A stretch of DNA of 64,000 nt, taken from an uncultured Pseudomonadota bacterium. Lineage in GTDB: Bacteria; Vulcanimicrobiota; Vulcanimicrobiia; Eremiobacterales; Eremiobacteraceae. Of the stretch, positions 39,974 through 49,385 are shown one piece after another. The first letter of the stretch is position 1. Each line of letters begins with the position of its first letter. The notes beneath the pieces are model-generated. The model saw nothing but the letters and a program-made list of their open reading frames with translations, was not told the origin of the DNA and made no database searches. The position numbers and the translations under genes are program-made. Location of the stretch: the NCBI GenBank assembly GCA_963736005.1, contig CAVTNB010000001.1, positions 960,001 to 1,024,000 on the forward strand, written 5' to 3'.

Positions 39974-40690
39974 ATGACCTCGGCAAACGGGTTATCGGTT
40001 CAACACCTTACGCGGAAATTTGGAAAACTCACCGCGGTAGATGATCTTTCGTTTCACGCGGCCCGCGGATCGATTCTGGGGTTACTCGGCCCAAACGGCG
40101 CAGGAAAAACGACAACCTTGCTTTGCTTGGCCGGGTTGTTGCGCCCCGACGCGGGGACGCTCGCCCTCGACAACGCTCCTCTAGGACCAGACCGCGGACG
40201 AGCCATCGCGCTCATCCCGGAGACGCCGGAAGTCTACGCCATGCTCACCGTTTGGGAGCACTTGGTTTTTGTCGCCAAGAGTTGCAAACTGACAGGCGAT
40301 TGGGCAGTTCGCGCGACAGATTTGCTGCAGCGCTTGGACCTAAACGACCGGAGAGACACGCTCGGCGAGGCACTGTCCAAGGGCATGCGCCAAAAAACGC
40401 TCATCGCGGCGACCGTCCTTGCTGGAGCACCCGTGCTGCTCCTCGACGAGCCAATGATCGGCCTCGACCCGAAAGGACAGCGCGAGCTTCGAGGCATTTT
40501 GCAGGAGCTGCGTAATGCGGGAACCGCCATTGTTCTGAGCACGCACTTGCTCGAATCCGCCGAAGCGATCTGCGATAATGTGCTCGTTCTCAACCACGGT
40601 CAGGCCGTAATCAGCGCGCCGATTGCAGAGTTGCACTTCGGCGAATTTGGGCGAAGCTTGGAAGACGTTTTCTTGGAAGCGACGCAATGA
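39974..40690 (+). CDS. ABC transporter ATP-binding protein
   Basis: GPNGAGKTT, LSKGMRQK, LLLDEP and STH. Confidence 0.95.
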   Translation: MTSANGLSVQHLTRKFGKLTAVDDLSFHAARGSILGLLGPNGAGKTTTLLCLAGLLRPDAGTLALDNAPLGPDRGRAIALIPETPEVYAMLTVWEHLVFVAKSCKLTGDWAVRATDLLQRLDLNDRRDTLGEALSKGMRQKTLIAATVLAGAPVLLLDEPMIGLDPKGQRELRGILQELRNAGTAIVLSTHLLESAEAICDNVLVLNHGQAVISAPIAELHFGEFGRSLEDVFLEATQ

Positions 40691-42312
40691 GCGACGTCGC
40701 GGCGCTGACGTATCTCGAAGCGCGCATGGCGTTCAACCGCTTTCGCCAGGTCTTGCGCCAGCCCGGACGACTCGTCTTGTGGACGTTGTTCCTTGCGTGG
40801 CTTGGACTTTTCTTCTTCACGCGCGTCTCCCACATTTCGGGGGGACCATACGGCCTGTTGATGCCGCAGAGCGTATCGCTGTTTTACGCGTTCGTTCCGG
40901 CCGCCTATATCATGCTTTTAGGGTTTCAAATTCGCTCTGGGAGTCGACGCCCGCCAGCAACGTTCGCCTATCCGGCGGATGCTCGCTTTCTTCTTGGCTC
41001 GCGTCTTAACCACGTGCTGGTCGTTTTTTGGCTGCAACTGCGCGAGGTCGCCTTTTCCGGAAGCCGAGTGTTTCTTGGCCTTTTCTTCGTCTCGTGGAAT
41101 TTTGCCGGCAGCGCGGGGGGACTCGTGCTGGCAACCGTTGCGTTATTGTCCGCGTACATTATATCTTTCGGCGTACGCTTGCCGGTATTTTTGGCGCAGC
41201 GCCGCATGCCGGAAGTTCCATTCGGAACGTTTGGGATTGGGTTGATGTGCGCGGGCGGTCTGACACTGCTGTTTCCAATTGCCCTCGCGTTTGCCTACGG
41301 CAACGTTCACTTGGCCTTTATTTCGGCCCAAACTGCGGTGTTCGCTCCGGGATCGTGGATCGTGGAGGCGCTCGCCGGCGATCATCGCGCACTCGCAGCA
41401 CTCTTGACCCTCGCGTTCGTCATGATTATTGGCGGCTCGGTTGCGGCAAAGGACGCTTATCCCGAAATTTGGGAGGCCTCCTCGCGGCTCTATGCCCTCC
41501 GAACGCTCGTTGCAAGCGGACGAGGGCTTTGGAATCGCGAGGCGTTGCGAGGCTTGCGAGACCCAGACCGAGTTCAGTCTGGCGTCCGTCTGGAGCGCGT
41601 TGCTTCATCGTCTGGTCGGCACGCGCCGGCCGGCGCCCTTTCGCTGGTTTGGAAAGAATGGATCGGACTGCGGCGCACGCCCGGAGGTTTGAGCGGCTCG
41701 GTGCTGTGGCTCTTCGGGGCTTGCGTCCTTGGATATCTCGCGGGACTCGCCGCAACGACGCTGACTTTCTTCATCTTAGTGGGCCCGCTCTTTGCAATTG
41801 CTAACATTTTCATCGTCATCGGATCGCAGAGCACGATCAATCTGGGCATCGAGCTGCGTAAGCCAATCTGGTGGCTTGCCCGTTCTCAGTTGCGAGACCG
41901 AATTCTCACGTGGATTCTGGGCACAACCATGCGGGTCGGTCCGCCGCTTGTCGCCGGTACGATCGTGGCCGGCGTCGCCATGCATTCGTGGCTCGTTATC
42001 GCTGCGAGCGCGCCTCTGATCCTCGTGTCGCTGTTCTTGGTGCAAAGCATCGGTGTGGCGTCGTATGTCGTGCTTCCCGGGCGCAACGATCTGCGCGGAC
42101 CGGGCTTCATGCTGCGGATTTTTGTCACGTACCTTGCGCTTATGCCGCCGGCAATTGGCTGGGCGGTAGCACAGTTGCTAAGCCAAAGCGCCGCTCTCGG
42201 GCTCTTGGTTGGCCTGACGGCAGCGTATGTGGAAGGGTGGACGCTTGCGATGTTCGCCGCCTCACGCCTCGAACAAAACGCGATGGCCTACGCGGCCGCC
42301 GAACAACGCTAG
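40687..42312 (+). CDS. Putative ABC exporter permease
   Basis: Polytopic membrane protein (541 aa), ATGA-coupled to the ABC ATPase. Confidence 0.85.
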   Translation: MSDVAALTYLEARMAFNRFRQVLRQPGRLVLWTLFLAWLGLFFFTRVSHISGGPYGLLMPQSVSLFYAFVPAAYIMLLGFQIRSGSRRPPATFAYPADARFLLGSRLNHVLVVFWLQLREVAFSGSRVFLGLFFVSWNFAGSAGGLVLATVALLSAYIISFGVRLPVFLAQRRMPEVPFGTFGIGLMCAGGLTLLFPIALAFAYGNVHLAFISAQTAVFAPGSWIVEALAGDHRALAALLTLAFVMIIGGSVAAKDAYPEIWEASSRLYALRTLVASGRGLWNREALRGLRDPDRVQSGVRLERVASSSGRHAPAGALSLVWKEWIGLRRTPGGLSGSVLWLFGACVLGYLAGLAATTLTFFILVGPLFAIANIFIVIGSQSTINLGIELRKPIWWLARSQLRDRILTWILGTTMRVGPPLVAGTIVAGVAMHSWLVIAASAPLILVSLFLVQSIGVASYVVLPGRNDLRGPGFMLRIFVTYLALMPPAIGWAVAQLLSQSAALGLLVGLTAAYVEGWTLAMFAASRLEQNAMAYAAAEQR

Positions 42313-42320
42313 TCGCCAGC

Positions 42321-42614
42321 CTAGCGGCGGCGACGCACCGATTTGCGCAGGGCTTTGACCGCTTTGCTGAGGTGACGCCGAACGACGCCGCGCACGATCG
42401 ATTCAACTTCATTCTTCTGCGGATAGCGCGCGAGTTGCGGCACAACTCCGACGACAACTTGGCACGAGGTGCAGGCCACGGTCCAAATCGTGAGTTCACC
42501 GCCGGCGCGCTCGGGGCGCGCTCGAAAGGTAGCCGCCTTGAGGCAGTGCGGACATTTTCGTTTAAAGATTTCCCGATCTTCGATTGGTTTGGCGCGGGTT
42601 CTCTTGCGTGGCAT
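42321..42614 (-). CDS. Small basic zinc-ribbon protein
   Basis: CPHC and CTSC pairs. Confidence 0.6.
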   Translation of the reverse strand: MPRKRTRAKPIEDREIFKRKCPHCLKAATFRARPERAGGELTIWTVACTSCQVVVGVVPQLARYPQKNEVESIVRGVVRRHLSKAVKALRKSVRRRR

Positions 42615-42618
42615 GCTG

Positions 42619-43545
42619 TTACCTGTGTGTCAGATCCGTCCCGAAGCTCTCCTTCGAGAGGCGCGAAAGCGTGCCGTCCTTGTGCATGGCGCTGACGGCT
42701 TGTTCGACCGCTTGGTAAAAGCGCTTTGGGTCAAGCGGGCTGTTCTTATCGATCGCCACAGCAGCATCTTCGTAAAACACTGGCCCGCCAATGACTCTAA
42801 ATGGTCGCCCTACTTTAATCTGAAAGACGGCAAAAGGATACGATGTCAGGACAGCATCGAGCCGCACGCCGTCGCCCAGCGCGAGATCATCGAGCGCGAG
42901 TTGATCTGTGTCGTACGGGATCGCGCGTGCCTGCGGAGCTGGTACGAGGATATTCTCGCCGGTGAGGTCGAGGTGCCCTTCAAGATACGCCTGGTACGTC
43001 GTTGCGGTTCCGACTCCGATGCGTTTTCCGGAGAGCTCGGGGATCGAGGTGACCTTGCTCGCCTTGTTCACGACAAACGTGGCAGGGATGTAGTAATATG
43101 GCTCGGTGAAATAGAGCACGCGCTGACGATCTCGAGTGATCGTCATCGAATCCACGTTGACATCCCAGCGGCCATTCCAATTACCACCACTCGTGACGTC
43201 GAAATTGATGTCCAGGAAGACAGGTTGCACGCCGAGCCGGCGCGCAATCTCACGTCCGACCTCGACGTCAAAGCCGCGCCACTGCCCATCCGGTGACCGA
43301 AACGAGAGCGGTTGATAATTGGCGTCGGTGGAAATCAGGAGCTTGCCGCGTTTGCGAACTTCGCTCAACAGATCCGTGACACCGGAACCATTTGAGGCCG
43401 TCGCTTGTGGTGCCCCGCTGCGTTGCTGGCTGTTCTCACATCCCAGGAAAGACGTAAGCGCAGCCACGATCACGGCGACCGCAAGACAATACCTCAGGAT
43501 CTTCAAACGACGCCACCGCCCGTTGTCGATTTTGGTCAGGTACAA
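42619..43545 (-). CDS. Polar amino acid ABC transporter substrate-binding lipoprotein (family 3)
   Basis: Lipobox FLGC; GFDVEV, SMTITRDR, FTEPYY and MHKDGTLSRLS; start uncertain. Confidence 0.92.
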   Translation of the reverse strand: MYLTKIDNGRWRRLKILRYCLAVAVIVAALTSFLGCENSQQRSGAPQATASNGSGVTDLLSEVRKRGKLLISTDANYQPLSFRSPDGQWRGFDVEVGREIARRLGVQPVFLDINFDVTSGGNWNGRWDVNVDSMTITRDRQRVLYFTEPYYYIPATFVVNKASKVTSIPELSGKRIGVGTATTYQAYLEGHLDLTGENILVPAPQARAIPYDTDQLALDDLALGDGVRLDAVLTSYPFAVFQIKVGRPFRVIGGPVFYEDAAVAIDKNSPLDPKRFYQAVEQAVSAMHKDGTLSRLSKESFGTDLTHR

Positions 43546-43596
43546 ACTTTGGTCTATTTTAGAAGAGCAGCGCAGGGGGACCTGCGATTTACCGAT

Positions 43597-44034
43597 TTAT
43601 TTCGCGACGGTGTGAATATATGCGAGAGCGGCGACAACACCGAACGCAAGACTACAAAGCACCATGACGATGCGCTGCACACGCTGCGTGGACACTTCGT
43701 GGACGGAAACTTTGGGAGGTTGCCCGATGCGCCACACGGACCTTGCCGTCCAAACCATCGTAAGCGAAAGTAGCAGCAGATAGACGGGCAAAAAAACCAG
43801 GAGCGGCAGCAGGGCATTTTTGACTGAGGCGATCTCATGCACGAGCAACAAAAACGTCACGATGAACCCAAGGCCGGCCGAGCCCAAAATCATGAGCCGG
43901 CCTGCGAACCAACTAGCGAGGACGTCGCGCGTCGAAACCAGCTGCGATGTGACGCTTCGTTCAGCCACGTCAAGCATTGTAACACGAAACCTCAAACTTT
44001 CCGAGGGTTGCGACGGCTGGTTTCGCACAGCCAT
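43597..44034 (-). CDS. Hypothetical membrane protein
   Basis: Three hydrophobic segments; start uncertain. Confidence 0.55.
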   Translation of the reverse strand: MAVRNQPSQPSESLRFRVTMLDVAERSVTSQLVSTRDVLASWFAGRLMILGSAGLGFIVTFLLLVHEIASVKNALLPLLVFLPVYLLLLSLTMVWTARSVWRIGQPPKVSVHEVSTQRVQRIVMVLCSLAFGVVAALAYIHTVAK

Positions 44035-44078
44035 ACGGTGATATAGATTACACCCCCGGCCTTGCCGATAACTTATAG

Positions 44079-44654
44079 ATGTGCGAACACAATCGGGCGA
44101 TCGATCGACGCGCATTTCTCTTCGGTGGCGCTTGTGCTTTTGCGCTCAGCGCAATGCCCGCGCTCGCACGCGCGGCGCTCGCGAGCACTGCTCCGGATCG
44201 TTATCTTTTGTTCTTAGAACGCATCGACACGGGCGAGTACGCGGCGGAGCCATTCACGCTCGATGGCAAGACGTTGTACTGGCCAGGGTACAAAAAATTA
44301 TGCGCCGTGCTGCGCGACGAGCATGTGCCGCCGGAAATTGGTTTTGTGCAAATCAACGTTCGCACGATCGAAGCGCTGTGGGCGGTGCAGTCATACTTGC
44401 GTCGCGACAGCATCAACGGTCCTATTGTGGTGCACAGCGGCTACCGCACGCCGCAAACGAACTCGCAAACGGAGGGTGCAGCGCGGCTTTCATATCACAT
44501 GTGGGGCAAGGCGGTTGACTTCCACGTACCCGGTATCGCGCTGAGTGACTTGGCGGGCATCTGTGAGGCATGTCCAATCAGCGGCGGGGTCGGCTATTAT
44601 CCCGAAGGCTGGGTGCACATGGATACCGGTCCCAGGCGTTCGTGGGCGGGCTAA
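44079..44654 (+). CDS. YcbK/DUF882 family (peptidase M15) protein with Tat signal
   Basis: RRAFL twin-arginine motif; SGYRTPQTN, SYHMWGKAVD, GVGYYP and VHMDTG. Confidence 0.92.
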   Translation: MCEHNRAIDRRAFLFGGACAFALSAMPALARAALASTAPDRYLLFLERIDTGEYAAEPFTLDGKTLYWPGYKKLCAVLRDEHVPPEIGFVQINVRTIEALWAVQSYLRRDSINGPIVVHSGYRTPQTNSQTEGAARLSYHMWGKAVDFHVPGIALSDLAGICEACPISGGVGYYPEGWVHMDTGPRRSWAG

Positions 44655-44673
44655 CGTCGCGCGCTCTTTAGAC

Positions 44674-44699
44674 TGGGCGACTTAACAGTCGCCCACTAC
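44674..44699. repeat. GTAG-type REP-like element, family A variant
   Basis: TGGGCGACTTAACAGTCGCCCA followed by CTAC. Confidence 0.8.
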
Positions 44700-44753
44700 A
44701 AAGCACGCAATGAGGGCATGAATTAACCGTCTCGTACAGAAACCCGTCCTATC

Positions 44754-45740
44754 ATGCCTGCAGTGGCAATGCCGGTCGACGACGGGACCGAGGCGCGGCC
44801 GCGCACTCCAAAGCTCGAGAAGCTCCAACAGCACATTCGCGCGCTGGCCAAGCGCAAGAATGCCGTCATCATCGCGCACATCTACCAACGCCTCGAAATC
44901 CAAGAGGTTGCCGACTTCATCGGCGACAGCCTCAACTTAAGCCGCGAGGCAGCGCGCACCAAGGCGGACGTCATCGTCTTTTGCGGCGTGCACTTTATGG
45001 CGGAAACGGCCAAGCTCCTCAGCCCGAATAAACTTGTGTTGTTACCGGACATGAAGGCAGGCTGCGGTATGGCGGACATGATCACCGCCGATCAAGCCCG
45101 CGGTTTTCGCGCCCAATATCCGGGCCGGCCGCTCGTGACGTACGTCAATACGTATGCGGAGGTAAAGGCGGAGTCGGACATCTGCTGCACCTCGACCAAC
45201 GCCGCAACCGTCGTTCGCTCGCTGCCCGATAAAGAGATCTTGTTTGCGCCGGACATGTATCTCGGCGGCTGGGTGCAAAAGCGGCTTCCCGACAAAAAGA
45301 TTATCACATGGCACGGTTATTGCCCGACGCATTTCGTTATCCAACCTTCGATGGTCATCGCGCAAAAGCAAAAGCATCCGCATGCGCTCGTGCTCGCGCA
45401 CCCGGAATGTTCGCCCGAGGTACTCGAACTCGCCGATTACGTGGGCAGCACCCAAGGCATGATGGACTATGCCGGCTCCAGCGACGCGCCCGAGTTCATG
45501 ATCCTCACCGAGGCTGGACTCTTGCTGCGGCTCAAGGCGCTGTATCCTCATAAACGCTTCTACTCCATCGCGCCGTGCCCGCACTGTCCGTATATGAAGT
45601 TCGTGGAACTTGAAAAAGTTGCGGCCTGTCTGGAAAACGATCTCAATCCAATCGAAATTCCGACCGACATCATGCTGCGCGCGCGCACCAGCATCGAGCG
45701 CATGATGACTGTGTCAAACGCGGTCACGCCAGCAGACTGA
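44754..45740 (+). CDS. nadA: Quinolinate synthase
   Basis: AHIYQ, GDSLNLS, FCGVHFMAET, AGCGMAD, CCTSTNA, AHPEC and CPYMK. Confidence 0.97.
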   Translation: MPAVAMPVDDGTEARPRTPKLEKLQQHIRALAKRKNAVIIAHIYQRLEIQEVADFIGDSLNLSREAARTKADVIVFCGVHFMAETAKLLSPNKLVLLPDMKAGCGMADMITADQARGFRAQYPGRPLVTYVNTYAEVKAESDICCTSTNAATVVRSLPDKEILFAPDMYLGGWVQKRLPDKKIITWHGYCPTHFVIQPSMVIAQKQKHPHALVLAHPECSPEVLELADYVGSTQGMMDYAGSSDAPEFMILTEAGLLLRLKALYPHKRFYSIAPCPHCPYMKFVELEKVAACLENDLNPIEIPTDIMLRARTSIERMMTVSNAVTPAD

Positions 45741-45752
45741 ATTCGTACCGTC

Positions 45753-47312
45753 ATGATGCGAACCGACGTGCTTGTCATCGGATCGGGGGCCGCAGGATTG
45801 CTCCTTGCGCTGCACTGCGCCGAAAAGGGCCTGCGGGTCACCATCGTGACGAAGGGAACGATCGAGGAGTCGAACACCGCGTGGGCGCAAGGCGGCGTGG
45901 CTGCATCGCTCGATTTAGAGGAGGATTCGACTCAGGCCCACGTCGCCGATACCCTTGCGGCCGGCGCCGGTCTTTGCAACCGAGCCGCCGCTGAGATCGT
46001 GGCGGAAGAGGCGCCTAAGCGAATCGAGGAACTGCGCGCGCTTGGCGTCGCTTTCAATCTTTCGGTGACTGGCGAGCTAGCGCTCACGCGCGAGGCGGCG
46101 CACAGCCATGCACGGACGGTTTTTTCCGAAGATGCAACCGGCAAAGCGATCTCGACCACGCTTGCCCAAAGAGCGCTCCAGCATCCGAACGTGGCGGTTG
46201 TCGAGCGCGCCACCGCCATATCGCTCATCCTTGACGGCGGACGCTGCGCGGGCGCCTGGATCTTTGCAGAGACTGAGGCGGTCTCGATTGTCGCGTGTTT
46301 CGCGACGGCGCTCGCGACCGGCGGAGTCGGCCAGGTGTACGAGCGAACGACCAATCCACCGGGTGCAACTGGTGATGGACTTGCGCTGGCTATCGCGGCG
46401 GGCGCGGCGTTGGCCGACGTTGAGTTCGTCCAATTCCATCCGACCGCACTTGCCGTTGCGGGAGCGCCTGCGCTGTTGGTGTCTGAAGCGGCGCGCGGCG
46501 AGGGCGGCATTTTGGTCAACAAAGACGGACGACGGTTCTGCTTCGACGCGGATCCACGAGGGGAATTGGCGCCTCGCGACATCGTTGCTCGCGCGATTTT
46601 TCACGAAATGCAGCGAACCGGGAGTGGCGTCTGGCTCGATTTGCGCCCTATCGGATCGCCCGACTTCTTGCACAGACGGTTCCCGAATATTGCGGCTGCC
46701 TGCTCGCGTTTCGGCGTCGATATCACCACGCAACCGATCCCGGTCGGCCCAGCGGCACACTACCACATGGGTGGGGTGCTCACCGATTTGCACGGGCGGA
46801 CGACGGTTCGATCGTTGTATGCGGTTGGCGAATGCGCCTGTACGGGCTTGCATGGCGCGAATCGACTCGCCGGCAACTCACTCGCAGAGTGTTTGGTGTT
46901 CGCCTGCCGCGCGGCGGACGATATCGGCGCTGCACCGGCGGCACCCGATCCATTCGAGCTCGCTCACATACCAAAGACCGTCTTGGCCATGATGACCGTT
47001 CAACCGCTGCGCGCCTTGATGTGGAAGTCCGCGAGTGTCGAACGAGACGGACCGGAACTGGCGGCGCTGCGCCAACGACTCACTCACTGGCCCGTTTCCA
47101 TGTCACCACTCTCGCGAGCGGCGCTTGAATCCCGCGCGTTGCTCAATGCGGCTCGTTACATCGCAGGGGCAGCGCTGTACCGTGAGGAGAGCCGCGGCGC
47201 CCATTATCGCGTTGATTTTCCAGAGCGCGATGATGCTCACTGGCTGGCGCGCATCGTTTGGGTGGGCGACAGTCATAAACTCGAGCCGCTCGCCACGCCG
47301 GCGATAACTTAG
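45753..47312 (+). CDS. nadB: L-aspartate oxidase
   Basis: IGSGAAGL, AQGGVAA, QFHPT, ELAPRDIVARAI, HYHMGG, GLHGANRLA and ESRGAHYR. Confidence 0.95.
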   Translation: MMRTDVLVIGSGAAGLLLALHCAEKGLRVTIVTKGTIEESNTAWAQGGVAASLDLEEDSTQAHVADTLAAGAGLCNRAAAEIVAEEAPKRIEELRALGVAFNLSVTGELALTREAAHSHARTVFSEDATGKAISTTLAQRALQHPNVAVVERATAISLILDGGRCAGAWIFAETEAVSIVACFATALATGGVGQVYERTTNPPGATGDGLALAIAAGAALADVEFVQFHPTALAVAGAPALLVSEAARGEGGILVNKDGRRFCFDADPRGELAPRDIVARAIFHEMQRTGSGVWLDLRPIGSPDFLHRRFPNIAAACSRFGVDITTQPIPVGPAAHYHMGGVLTDLHGRTTVRSLYAVGECACTGLHGANRLAGNSLAECLVFACRAADDIGAAPAAPDPFELAHIPKTVLAMMTVQPLRALMWKSASVERDGPELAALRQRLTHWPVSMSPLSRAALESRALLNAARYIAGAALYREESRGAHYRVDFPERDDAHWLARIVWVGDSHKLEPLATPAIT

Positions 47313-47320
47313 GGCGCGGG

Positions 47321-48205
47321 ATGCGGCATCCAGCTCTCGAGCAACCATCGTTCGTTCCGATGACCGCATCAGAGGCGATCAAATTTCAGTCGATCGTTGC
47401 TGCAGCGCTCTCCGAGGACGGCGCGCTCCAGGATGTGACGTCTGAGGCGACCGTCTCACCTGATGCGCACGCTAACGCAGACGTGGTTGTTCGCGCTCCC
47501 GCGGTTGTGGCCGGGGTGCAGATTGCTGCGCTTGCCTTTCGTTCGATCGACGACCGGGTGAGCTTCAAAGCATTGGTCGAAGACGGCGTCGCGACCGATG
47601 CGCAAGCCATTGCAAGCGTCACAGGTTCGGCACGCAGCCTGCTTGCCGCCGAGCGAGTGGCGCTCAATTTTTTGGGCCGGCTGAGCGGCATCGCAACTTT
47701 GACCAGGAAGTTCGTCGACGCTGTGCGCGATCTGCCCGTGCGTATCTGCGACACCCGCAAGACGACGCCTGGGCTGCGGGCGCTCGAGCGTTATGCCGTG
47801 CGCGCTGGCGGCGGCTACAACCACCGCTTTAATTTGTCCGATGCAATCCTCATCAAAGACAATCACCTCGTGGCGGCAGGGTCTGTGGTCAAGGCAATCG
47901 ACCTAGCGCGAGCCGACGCGCCTCCCAACACAATCGTGGAAGTCGAATGCGAGTCTGCGGCGCAAGTCGAAGAAGCGCTTCAGGTCGGGGTTGACGCGAT
48001 TCTCCTTGATAACATGCCGCTGAGTGAGATGCGCCGAGCCGTCAAAATGGCGCATGGCAAGGCGGCGCTAGAAGCGTCGGGCGGCATGACGCTGGCGAAT
48101 GTGCGCGATGTCGCGCTGACCGGCGTCGACGTCATTTCCATCGGAGCGCTGACGCACAGCGCGCCGAGCGCCGACGTCGCTCTCGACTTTGGAGAACCCA
48201 AATGA
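47321..48205 (+). CDS. nadC: Nicotinate-nucleotide diphosphorylase (carboxylating)
   Basis: ERVALN, DTRKTTPGLR, HRFNLSD, IKDNH, LLDNM, EASGG and SIGALTHSA. Confidence 0.97.
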   Translation: MRHPALEQPSFVPMTASEAIKFQSIVAAALSEDGALQDVTSEATVSPDAHANADVVVRAPAVVAGVQIAALAFRSIDDRVSFKALVEDGVATDAQAIASVTGSARSLLAAERVALNFLGRLSGIATLTRKFVDAVRDLPVRICDTRKTTPGLRALERYAVRAGGGYNHRFNLSDAILIKDNHLVAAGSVVKAIDLARADAPPNTIVEVECESAAQVEEALQVGVDAILLDNMPLSEMRRAVKMAHGKAALEASGGMTLANVRDVALTGVDVISIGALTHSAPSADVALDFGEPK

Positions 48206-48609
48206 CAACGAACGATTCGGACACCGAAAAACAACGCCTCAATTGGGTCGACGCGCACATGGGGCGGACGTCAAAAGAAACGGCGGAGCGTCTGCTCACG
48301 GTCGACCAACCTCGGCCTCCAGCCGATGCTCCGGTCTTGAAACTCAAGGGTGTACCGGCGCGCTGCGTCGCCGGTGGCGCTTCAAACTTTTGGATCATTG
48401 GGTCGGAAGCCGGCGAACCAATCTTAACTGGCGACTATCCGATGATTGGGATGTCGCCAACCGCTTACTTCATCCAAGCGCCGGAATTTAACTACTTGCC
48501 GTATCAGGTGCAGCGCTCGCAGCTGCGCGCCGACAATCACAGCATCGAAGGCGATATCTCGCGGCTCGAATCGCAGATGCGCGAGGTCTATGGGCCCGAG
48601 CGAACCTAA
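48202..48609 (+). CDS. Hypothetical protein coupled to nadC
   Basis: ATGA overlap with the nadC stop; 135 aa. Confidence 0.6.
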   Translation: MTTNDSDTEKQRLNWVDAHMGRTSKETAERLLTVDQPRPPADAPVLKLKGVPARCVAGGASNFWIIGSEAGEPILTGDYPMIGMSPTAYFIQAPEFNYLPYQVQRSQLRADNHSIEGDISRLESQMREVYGPERT

Positions 48610-48717
48610 AGGTTCGCTGCCACAATGGGCGACTTGACGGTCGCCCGGTACGAGGGGCGATTTTCCAATCGCCCCCTACCTTCGCGGCGTTGGGGCGATT
48701 TTCCAATCGCCCCCTAC
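48599..48717. repeat. Cluster of four REP-like elements (B, A variant, A, A)
   Basis: AGCGAACCTAAAGGTTCGCT, GGGCGACTTGACGGTCGCCC and two copies of GGGGCGATTTTCCAATCGCCCCCTAC. Confidence 0.85.
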
Positions 48718-49278
48718 GAGATGCGAGATTGCGATCGTCCAGCGCGCGAACGCTTCCAGAAATTCCGTCAGTTCTTTTTTTAAGTCCTCATCGATGAGCT
48801 CGCCTTGCTCGTTAAACTTTGTTTCCACGCGGCTCACTCGCACTTCTGGTTCGATCATGAAGTACACTTCTTCAATGGTTGCAATTTGTCGGAGCGCGGC
48901 TTGCGCTCGCAACGTTCCGTAGAACCCCGTCGATGCTCCGAGCACGGCAGCCGGTTTTTTCTCTAAGACGGAATCGTCGGATGGCCGCGATGCCCACTCG
49001 ATGATGACTTTTGTAGCGGCGGGAATGGTACCATTATGTTCGGGTGTTACGATGATGAGTCCATCCGCTTTGCGAATGGTTTCACGCACTTGCGTCACCG
49101 CCTCTGGCGGGTTGCGCTCGAGATCCATGTTGAAGAGCGGAACTTGCGAAATATCCAGCACATCGATGTGCAGGTTCGAAGGTGCGGCTTTAACGAGCGC
49201 CTTGAGCAACATCTGATTGTAGGAACCTTTGCGCAGGCTGCCCGCGTAGGCCGCAAAAGTGAGCGGCTTGTTTGTCAT
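48676..49278 (-). CDS. NADPH-dependent FMN reductase (ChrR/SsuE-like)
   Basis: GSLRKGSYN, PLFNMD, VTPEHN and GASTGFYGTLRAQ. Confidence 0.92.
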   Translation of the reverse strand: MTNKPLTFAAYAGSLRKGSYNQMLLKALVKAAPSNLHIDVLDISQVPLFNMDLERNPPEAVTQVRETIRKADGLIIVTPEHNGTIPAATKVIIEWASRPSDDSVLEKKPAAVLGASTGFYGTLRAQAALRQIATIEEVYFMIEPEVRVSRVETKFNEQGELIDEDLKKELTEFLEAFARWTIAISHLVGGDWKIAPTPRR

Positions 49279-49385
49279 TGGGGGCGGCTTTGCTCCTCCG
49301 GACTCGGGAAAACCTTTCTCCATGGGCTCGCTACATTGCGAGCGCCGCTTCTCCGATAACATTGGAGGGGGGAAAACCCGAACGT

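Noticed and set aside
48599..48717. Possible mini CRISPR array (two identical 26-nt repeats)
   Set aside because: The spacer is only about 12 nt, the same repeats are dispersed across the window, and there are no cas genes; better explained as a REP cluster.
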